DNA from: a bacterium
GTDB lineage: Bacteria; Hydrothermota; 32-111
DNA length: 10,403 nt
Direction of reading: 5' to 3'
Assembly (NCBI GenBank): GCA_046484245.1
Contig: JAWOBN010000042.1
Location: forward strand, 1-10,403
The notes under the pieces were generated by a model. The model did no database searches. It was not told where the DNA came from and worked only from the letters and a program-made list of their open reading frames with translations. Positions within the stretch are counted from its first letter, which is position 1. The number at the start of each line of letters is the position of its first letter. This document shows, in pieces, positions 1-5,633 of the stretch. Both the position numbers and the translations under genes were made by a program.

Positions 1-387
1 TATGTGAACATGGCAGAGGGTTCTTGCATTGCAGGATTTCAGGCTCACCGAGGAATGCATTCAGCCTTTTCCCCCATTGATCTCATTCGTAGGATTCACT
101 CCCGCCGCCTCCACCATTATTACTCCCATAAGGGAGTCCATTTGTGAAACAAATACGAGCATAGCGAGGAAACCCGCGGAGGGTTCTTGCCTTACACGAT
201 TTCGGGCTATTCAAGGAATGCATTCAGCCTTCTCCCCCATTGATCTCATTCGTAGGCTTCACTCCCGCCCAATGTGAATATATGTGAACATGGCAGAGGG
301 TTCTTGCATTGCAGGATTTCAGGCTCACCGAGGAATGCATTCAGCCTTTTCCCCCATTGATCTCATTCGTAGGCTTCACTCCCGCCC
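1..387. repeat. Array of three ~91-bp direct repeats (cores 16-106, 179-269, 296-386) with unequal spacers; probably truncated by the window edge
   Basis: 1-106 and 281-386 match at 105/106 positions (only 94 a vs 374 c differs). The middle copy 179-269 matches the first core at 81/91. Each copy contains the palindrome GAATGCATTC (53-62, 216-225, 333-342) and ends in TTCACTCCCGCC. Confidence 0.95.
95..116 (+). other. tmRNA (ssrA)-type 3'-end fragment; att-like or displaced duplication, not a full gene
   Basis: TTCACTCCCGCCGCCTCCACCA matches the typical tmRNA terminus TTCGACTCCCGCCGCCTCCACCA apart from one missing G. The 5' strand of the T stem is degenerate and no GGGGGCG 5' acceptor strand is seen nearby. 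Confidence 0.7.
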
Positions 388-399
388 GGATAAAAACAT

Positions 400-525
400 C
401 GGGTACGGTTGTTGAAAATGATGAATCTTATATTATCCCTTTATAGTGGGGTTCTTCACTTTTTTTCAACATTTGGATTAACCAATACAGGGACTTACTT
501 TCATCATTTTCAACAACCGTACCCG
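400..525. mobile_element. MITE/REPIN-like palindromic element 1 (26-bp perfect inverted repeats)
   Basis: CGGGTACGGTTGTTGAAAATGATGAA (400-425) is the exact reverse complement of 500-525. The right end continues GGATTTGGA, as in element 2 at 5056-5217. Confidence 0.65.
445..466 (+). terminator. Weak intrinsic-terminator-like hairpin inside element 1
   Basis: AGTGGG-GTTC-TTCACT stem (two G-U pairs) followed by a T run. Confidence 0.3.
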
Positions 526-558
526 GGATTTGGATAAGTTTATATTCACGGTTACAGG

Positions 559-587
559 TTGACAAGATCACCTGTGGGAATTATTAT
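559..587 (+). promoter_or_regulatory. Sigma-70 promoter for the tonB pair
   Basis: TTGACA (559-564), 17-bp spacer, TATTAT (582-587). AGGAGG RBS at 624-629. Confidence 0.75.
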
Positions 588-634
588 ATTAGTAGAGGCG
601 AAGGTTGACTCCTGAACTTTAACAGGAGGTTATT

Positions 635-1216
635 ATGAAACGCAAATTCCCTTCCTACAAAACATCCATACTTGTATCACTGGTTATCTTCATTGGTGTT
701 TTTGCAGGTCTGCCTGCATTCAAGACCAGTATGCCTGAAATTGCCCCGAGCAGCAGAACTGTGACCGAGTTCCGCGAATTACCTCCTTTGGAGAGGATTG
801 ACAGGCCTGAGCCGGTACAGTCCAATCTGCCCAAGAAAATTGTTGAAAGCAATAATGGTAATGAAACGGATATCAGTGATATGACAACGGATTTCAATAA
901 TGATGATCTGATTGACAATACAGCAGACAGGACAATATACCGCACCTATGAGGAATCCCCCTCACTGATCACAGATCTGAATCCTGTCTATCCCGAGACA
1001 GCCAAACAGCTTGGTATTGAAGGCACTGTGATTATTCAGCTGATTGTTGAAAAAGACGGTACAGTATCATCAGTTGAGGTATTGAGAGGCATTCATCCCC
1101 TGCTGGATGATGCAGCAAAAGCAGCAGCTCTCAATCTGAGATTTTCCCCTGCAATGACCAGAGATATCCCCATCAGATGCTATATCTCAATACCAATTAC
1201 ATTTTCACTGGAATAA
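635..1216 (+). CDS. tonB: Energy transducer TonB-family protein (N-terminal TM anchor, TonB C-terminal domain)
   Basis: Hydrophobic N-terminal helix. PVYPETAKQLGIEGTVIIQLIVEKDGTVSSVEVLRG...LDDAA...RFSPA...IPITFSL is the TonB_C signature. Strong RBS. Confidence 0.9.
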   Translation: MKRKFPSYKTSILVSLVIFIGVFAGLPAFKTSMPEIAPSSRTVTEFRELPPLERIDRPEPVQSNLPKKIVESNNGNETDISDMTTDFNNDDLIDNTADRTIYRTYEESPSLITDLNPVYPETAKQLGIEGTVIIQLIVEKDGTVSSVEVLRGIHPLLDDAAKAAALNLRFSPAMTRDIPIRCYISIPITFSLE

Positions 1217-1229
1217 TACGGGGCCTGCA

Positions 1230-1676
1230 ATGAAATCCGCAAAACGGACATTCATTAAATTATCCCTCCTCATTTCACTAATACTCATTGTCTGCCTCTT
1301 TTTACTCAAACCATTCAATATGAATGTTGCTATCAGCAGTTTTACACTGAATCCTCTGAATCTCCATCCTCCCCGTGAAACCGTAATACCGGAGAGATTC
1401 ATAGTATATGAAAGTTCACCTGAAATTATTGAACCGGCTTTCCCTCATTATCCCGGTGAAGCAATGAGTAAAGGTATTGAGGGCACTGTTATGCTTATCC
1501 TCACAATTGACAGAACAGGCAGTGTTTCCAATGCTGAGATAATTGAGGATGTGCATCCGCTTCTGGATACTGCTGCTGTTCATTCTGTGTACAGTATGAA
1601 ATTCCGGGCTGCTGAAATGCGGGGCAATCCGGTTAAGAGCTATATCCGGTATCCTGTTACATTTCTGCTGGAATAA
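1230..1676 (+). CDS. tonB: Second, short TonB-family protein
   Basis: N-terminal TM helix. PHYPGEAMSKGIEGTVMLILTIDRTGSVSNAEII...LDTAA...KFRAAEMRGNPVKSYIRYPVTFLL is a TonB_C motif. Confidence 0.88.
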   Translation: MKSAKRTFIKLSLLISLILIVCLFLLKPFNMNVAISSFTLNPLNLHPPRETVIPERFIVYESSPEIIEPAFPHYPGEAMSKGIEGTVMLILTIDRTGSVSNAEIIEDVHPLLDTAAVHSVYSMKFRAAEMRGNPVKSYIRYPVTFLLE

Positions 1677-1696
1677 TGGGAAGGGTGAATTATGTC

Positions 1697-1754
1697 TGTA
1701 AAGGAAGTAAAATTGATTGTTTCAACATCCGGATTGTAATTTTACTTCTTTACA
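1697..1754. terminator. Long hairpin between convergent genes (17-bp stem, 23-nt loop); possible bidirectional terminator or 3' structure
   Basis: TGTAAAGGAAGTAAAATT (1697-1714) pairs with AATTTTACTTCTTTACA (1738-1754) with one bulge. It is AT-rich with a large loop, so it is atypical for an intrinsic terminator. Confidence 0.55.
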
Positions 1755-2046
1755 CATCACTGGCTGCCCTGTCTGTGTGTGATGACAATTGATGATTCAT
1801 TTCCATATTGGCACTGACATTGCCCACTGAATTAAGGGAAGCCAGGACATTCACTGAAAATGCAACCATTACAGTAATGATGACTGCAATCTGAATAGTC
1901 CTTATTGCAATTTGTTTAAGATCTGCTGAGAAGCCCCACCAGAGACTCCCGCCTTTTCTCATATCATTGATTTCATCTTTTGTGAAATCCTCTGCTACTT
2001 CAAATGTTGTATTGACATTATTATCGGTTATGAATAATGAGTTCAT
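1750..2046 (-). CDS. Hypothetical 98-aa single-pass membrane protein
   Basis: ATG at 2046 preceded by AAGGAGG (2051-2057). Hydrophobic stretch IQIAVIITVMVAFSVNVLASL. A sigma-54 promoter lies upstream, and the track's TTG start at 2115 falls inside that promoter. Confidence 0.75.
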   Translation of the reverse strand: MNSLFITDNNVNTTFEVAEDFTKDEINDMRKGGSLWWGFSADLKQIAIRTIQIAVIITVMVAFSVNVLASLNSVGNVSANMEMNHQLSSHTDRAASDV

Positions 2047-2098
2047 AAATCCTCCTTTTTTATTTTTCCGGATGTTGAGAACAATCACTATTATATGA

Positions 2099-2115
2099 AG
2101 CAACCTCTGTGCCAA
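2099..2115 (-). promoter_or_regulatory. Sigma-54 (RpoN) -24/-12 promoter
   Basis: Minus strand TTGGCACAGAGGTTGCT fits YTGGCAC-N5-TTGCW with exact spacing. Predicted +1 is near 2088. Confidence 0.85.
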
Positions 2116-2205
2116 ATGTTAAGTTATGATATTGCTGCTCTTATAAAATTTTCTGTTTTTATAGAATGGACAAAAATTAACTATTATTGCTGTAAAACGC
2201 TTTTG

Positions 2206-2220
2206 TGACAATATTTGTCA
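2206..2220. promoter_or_regulatory. Palindromic putative enhancer (UAS) for a sigma-54 activator
   Basis: TGACAA-TAT-TTGTCA perfect dyad about 120-130 bp upstream of the predicted +1, separated from the promoter by an AT-rich tract. Confidence 0.5.
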
Positions 2221-2245
2221 TTTGCGGAATTTGAATTGAGGTGTC

Positions 2246-2279
2246 AAATAAACCGATACTGCTGTAAGCAGGGAGTCGG
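2246..2279 (-). terminator. Intrinsic terminator of the pfpI-MATE unit
   Basis: Minus strand CCGA-CTCC-CTGCT-TAC-AGCAG-TA-TCGG followed by TTTATTT, just after the MATE stop. Confidence 0.55.
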
Positions 2280-2291
2280 CACCGGCAAAAA

Positions 2292-3641
2292 CTATATTAT
2301 CCCTTTCTTCCATGAGCCGCGTCTGAACCATATGAATGCGATTATTGTAATCACTATATTGGACAAGAACATTGCCCAGAATATACCATTGGGTCCCCAC
2401 TGCCAGTGTTTTGCAAAGAGATATGCAAAGGGTATTCTCACGCCCCATAGCCGGAATATCTGCATGATAAGAACAGGCAATGTGTGTCCCGAACCCTTGA
2501 ATGCACCTGTAAACACCATCATAACCGAGAAGAACAGGACAGAATATGATGTTATCCTGAACATATCGCCGCCGATTGCAATAACCTCAGGGTCATTGAT
2601 AAAGAACTGCACCACATATTCACCAAAGAAGAAGAGCAGTGTTGTGAAGACGAATACAACAGATGCATTGATGCCTGCTGCTGTCCACACTGATTTCTCG
2701 GCTCTCTTCACCTGCCGGGCTCCCATATTCTGGGCTACAAATGTTGCAGAGCCCTGCGAAAGACCTATAGCAGGCATAACGAGCATGGAGATTATCCTGT
2801 GTGCTACTCCGAATGCGCCGACCACTGCTGTGCCGAATGTATTGACAAGACCCATCATAAGCGTGAATCCGAGTGAAGTTCCCATTTGACCGAATGACAT
2901 GGGTAGTCCTATTTTCATTATCTTTGCCCAGATATCAATATCGGGTTTTATTGACCTCATGTCAATTTTGATACCCTGAGTGCCTGCAAACAGGATGAAG
3001 ATAGCTATTATGGATGAGAGTCCCTGAGAAAACACAGTTGCAATAGCTGCACCTGTAACCCCGAGTTTGGGAAATATCCACAGGCCGAATATGAGGAATG
3101 GGTCAAGTATGATATTAAGACCCACTGTGAAGAATATCAGTTTCATGGGGCTTATTGTATTGCCGTATCCCCTGAGAAGCCCCTGATAGAGAAAATAGAC
3201 AAAAACAAATGGCAGTCCTGTAAACATTATACGCATATAATTTTCAGTAAAGGCAAAAGCAGGTCCCGGTGTCTGAAGGAGACGCAGTATGAGAGGTGTA
3301 GTTATAAAACCGATTATTCCTATGACAATACCGAGAATAATTACAATAAGAAGAGTGCTGCCTGCACTCTTCCTCATATTCTCCTCATTATCAGCACCCT
3401 TGTATTGGGCAACAAGTGTTGAGCCGCCTACTCCGAGCCCGCTTGCAACTGCTACTGTGAGCCATACGATATTATGCGTTATTGTTGGTGCTGCCAATGC
3501 CTCTTTGCCCAGTTTCCCGAGCCAGAATGCATCTGTTACATTGTACAGGGTCTGGAATATCCTGGAAATAACTATTGGTGTGGAAAGGAGCACCAGATTC
3601 TTCCATATGGAGCCATGGAGAAGATCCGGTGTGCGCGACAT
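2292..3641 (-). CDS. MATE-family efflux transporter
   Basis: Multiple TM segments with typical motifs: LYNVTDAFWLGKLGKEALAA, LRGYGNTISPM, NIILDPFLIFG...LGVTGAAIATVFSQ, WGPNGIFWAM. ATG 3641 is preferred; TTG 3689 is possible. Confidence 0.95.
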   Translation of the reverse strand: MSRTPDLLHGSIWKNLVLLSTPIVISRIFQTLYNVTDAFWLGKLGKEALAAPTITHNIVWLTVAVASGLGVGGSTLVAQYKGADNEENMRKSAGSTLLIVIILGIVIGIIGFITTPLILRLLQTPGPAFAFTENYMRIMFTGLPFVFVYFLYQGLLRGYGNTISPMKLIFFTVGLNIILDPFLIFGLWIFPKLGVTGAAIATVFSQGLSSIIAIFILFAGTQGIKIDMRSIKPDIDIWAKIMKIGLPMSFGQMGTSLGFTLMMGLVNTFGTAVVGAFGVAHRIISMLVMPAIGLSQGSATFVAQNMGARQVKRAEKSVWTAAGINASVVFVFTTLLFFFGEYVVQFFINDPEVIAIGGDMFRITSYSVLFFSVMMVFTGAFKGSGHTLPVLIMQIFRLWGVRIPFAYLFAKHWQWGPNGIFWAMFLSNIVITIIAFIWFRRGSWKKGII

Positions 3642-3689
3642 TCTCCTTATGATATTCCCTCTTGTAATGAAATTAAAGAATTCTCTCAA

Positions 3690-4205
3690 TCAGTCCTGCT
3701 TTATATGTCTGATTATTTCCGAGCAGAAGGCAGGCAGGTCATAAGGATTCCTTGAGGTAATCAGATTTTTATCCACAATCACTTCCTTATCCTCCCATGA
3801 GGCACCGGCATTGACAACATCATCCTTAATTGCATAAAATGAAGTGGATTTCATGTCTTTAAGAACACCTGCTGACACGAGCACCCAGGGCCCATGGCAT
3901 ATTGCTGCCACAACCTTATCCTGCTTGAACATATCCCTGACAAATTCATTGATACTGCTGTTCCTTCTCAGTATATCAGGCGCATAACCGCCGGGGATTA
4001 TCACGCAGTCAAAATCACCTGCATCCGCATTGTCTATGGATATCTCCTCATCAGCAGGATAGCCCTCCTTTGAGTAATACTGATTTTCCCTTCCTGTTCC
4101 GACCATTGCTGTCTCAATACCCTCTTCTTTCAGCCTGAGATACGGATACCAGACCTCCAGAACCTGATAATTGTCCTCTATGAGTATTGCCGCCTTTTTT
4201 GTCAT
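3690..4205 (-). CDS. PfpI/DJ-1 family protein (type 1 glutamine amidotransferase-like; glyoxalase/deglycase/protease)
   Basis: IIPGGYAPD, AAICHGPWVL (nucleophile Cys) and ITSRNPYDLPAF motifs. ATG at 4205 with AAGGAG RBS; 171 aa. Confidence 0.95.
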   Translation of the reverse strand: MTKKAAILIEDNYQVLEVWYPYLRLKEEGIETAMVGTGRENQYYSKEGYPADEEISIDNADAGDFDCVIIPGGYAPDILRRNSSINEFVRDMFKQDKVVAAICHGPWVLVSAGVLKDMKSTSFYAIKDDVVNAGASWEDKEVIVDKNLITSRNPYDLPAFCSEIIRHIKQD

Positions 4206-4237
4206 TTGAACTCCTTTTTTATTTATAATAATGCTTA

Positions 4238-4267
4238 ATGATAATAATTCAAGAATAGAGCTGTCAA
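4238..4267 (-). promoter_or_regulatory. Sigma-70 promoter for pfpI-MATE
   Basis: Minus strand TTGACA (4267-4262), 18-bp spacer, TATCAT (4243-4238). Confidence 0.55.
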
Positions 4268-4306
4268 GGTATTTGATTTTTTTATATATGCATTTACAAT
4301 AGTAAT

Positions 4307-4963
4307 ATGGAAAATGATTATGTGTCCGGTTCACTCAAACTGCTCTTAGAAAGCCTTATCCAGTTGAAGACAATGCCTGAAAATGCCAGAGAAGAAGCAA
4401 TGAAACAGACTGCAGACAATATGAGAGGAATGATTGTATTCAATAATGCACTTGCCTTCTTTGAGGAGAATGGATTCTCAGACAGCAGTATAGAGCATTA
4501 CAGAGACTTTATAGAAAATGATATAAGGAATACTGCCCGTTCAGCCCGGAGTATATTATCCGATTTCTCCAAAGTCCTCACCATTTCCAATTCATCAACT
4601 GTACTCAGTGCACTGAATGGATATGACGGGGAGGTTTTTGCATTGAGGTCAGAGCCTCAAAGAGAGGGGGAAATATTCTGCAACAGATTGAAGGATGCGG
4701 ATATTGCATGCAGTATTATTGAAGACAGTTTGTTCCGGGAATACTATGACAGCAATACGGTCTTTCTCTGCGGATGCGACGGATATGATGATGATTTATT
4801 CATCAATAAGAGAGGCACATCCCCTATTACCGGTTTTGCCTCCAAGAAACATCGTGCCACTGCTGTTCTATGCGGAAAGGCAAAATACACTGACAACCTG
4901 AGCCGGTTCACCATTCCCCCTGATTTTGAATTGATTGAGAGAAAACACATCACCATTATCTGA
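4307..4963 (+). CDS. eIF-2B alpha/beta/delta (IF-2B)-family protein, short and divergent
   Basis: VLTISNSSTV, RSEPQREG, CGCD and FINKRGT correspond to the family motifs vlThs.SstV, EsrP..EG, vGaD and .vNKiGT. Confidence 0.75.
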   Translation: MENDYVSGSLKLLLESLIQLKTMPENAREEAMKQTADNMRGMIVFNNALAFFEENGFSDSSIEHYRDFIENDIRNTARSARSILSDFSKVLTISNSSTVLSALNGYDGEVFALRSEPQREGEIFCNRLKDADIACSIIEDSLFREYYDSNTVFLCGCDGYDDDLFINKRGTSPITGFASKKHRATAVLCGKAKYTDNLSRFTIPPDFELIERKHITII

Positions 4964-5055
4964 AACACCAATAAAAATACATAGCTATATCAAATTTGGG
5001 TTGTGAGGAACATTATAACCTGACTTGGACATAAATTTCATAATAAAATATCCTT

Positions 5056-5217
5056 TCCAAATCCCGGGTCCGGTAGTTGCATAGGTTGCACAATAAATAC
5101 ATGAAATCCGGGGAAATGGAATCTCTCTATAATATAAGCTCAACTATTATCTAATTTACGCACTTAATGCTGTTTTGTGTTCTGCAACCTATGCAACTAC
5201 CGGACCCGGGATTTGGA
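5056..5217. mobile_element. MITE/REPIN-like palindromic element 2 (35-bp perfect inverted repeats)
   Basis: TCCAAATCCCGGGTCCGGTAGTTGCATAGGTTGCA (5056-5090) is the exact reverse complement of 5183-5217. The 92-bp interior is non-coding and the element is intergenic. Confidence 0.75.
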
Positions 5218-5271
5218 GGGTATTCTCTTTGGATTCAGGTGGGCAGAGCAATATATATATAAATTTAATAC

Positions 5272-5300
5272 TTGAAAAATATTATCATTTGTGTTTTAAT
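5272..5300 (+). promoter_or_regulatory. Sigma-70 promoter of the 5331-9881 operon, with overlapping Fur-box-like dyad
   Basis: TTGAAA (5272-5277), 17 bp, TTTAAT (5295-5300). TGAAAAA-T-ATTATCA (5273-5287) matches TGATAAT-N-ATTATCA at 12/14. Confidence 0.5.
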
Positions 5301-5330
5301 TATTAATTATATTAATGATTAGGAGGAAAA

Positions 5331-5633
5331 ATGGAAAAGAAAGAAATAGTTGATGCATTAAGTGAGGTTCTGGATCCTGAAATAGGGATGGATATTGTCA
5401 CACTGGGACTCATATACGACATAGATATTGAAGACAGCAAGGTGAATATTGACATGACATTGACATTCCCCGGATGCCCGCTTGCCAATGTAATGGTGAA
5501 TTCCGCAAAAGAGAAGATTGAATCACTGGAAGATGTGACAGAGGCAAATGTCAATCTTGTATTTGAACCGCGCTGGGAACAGTCAATGGTCTCGGAGGAT
5601 AATTACAAGAAATTACTGGAAAATGACAAATAA
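5331..5633 (+). CDS. DUF59/MIP18 (SufT/PaaD-like) metal-sulfur cluster assembly factor
   Basis: VLDPEIGMDIVTLGLIYDI, MTLTFPGCP and LVFEPRW motifs. AGGAGG RBS. Confidence 0.95.
   Translation: MEKKEIVDALSEVLDPEIGMDIVTLGLIYDIDIEDSKVNIDMTLTFPGCPLANVMVNSAKEKIESLEDVTEANVNLVFEPRWEQSMVSEDNYKKLLENDK

Noticed and set aside
12..116. Intact tRNA or (permuted) tmRNA gene
   Set aside because: Only the 3' end matches. The T stem is mismatched, no cloverleaf forms, and no GGGGGCG-type 5' acceptor strand lies upstream or downstream.
29..277. 82-aa ORF
   Set aside because: TTG start without RBS. It reads the same repeat in two different frames, so it is likely incidental.
1..387. CRISPR array or integron attC array
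   Set aside because: Repeats of ~91 bp with 72- and 26-bp spacers are outside CRISPR dimensions, and no cas genes are present. There are no RYYYAAC/GTTRRRY ends or cassette ORFs.
2047..2115. N-terminal extension of the 121-aa ORF from TTG 2115
   Set aside because: The TTG is part of the sigma-54 -24 box, and a strong RBS precedes ATG 2046.
2215..3755. Plus-strand ORFs 2215-2889, 3289-3744, 3474-3755 and minus-strand ORF 2218-2448
   Set aside because: Shadow or alternative-frame ORFs of the MATE gene with no recognisable motifs.
4206..4334. Extended PfpI start at 4334
   Set aside because: It crosses the promoter region and overlaps the divergent gene. The family N-terminus and RBS fit ATG 4205.
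5548..5622. Upstream start of ORF 5548-5994
   Set aside because: It would overlap DUF59 by 86 bp. ATG 5623 directly precedes the TM helix.
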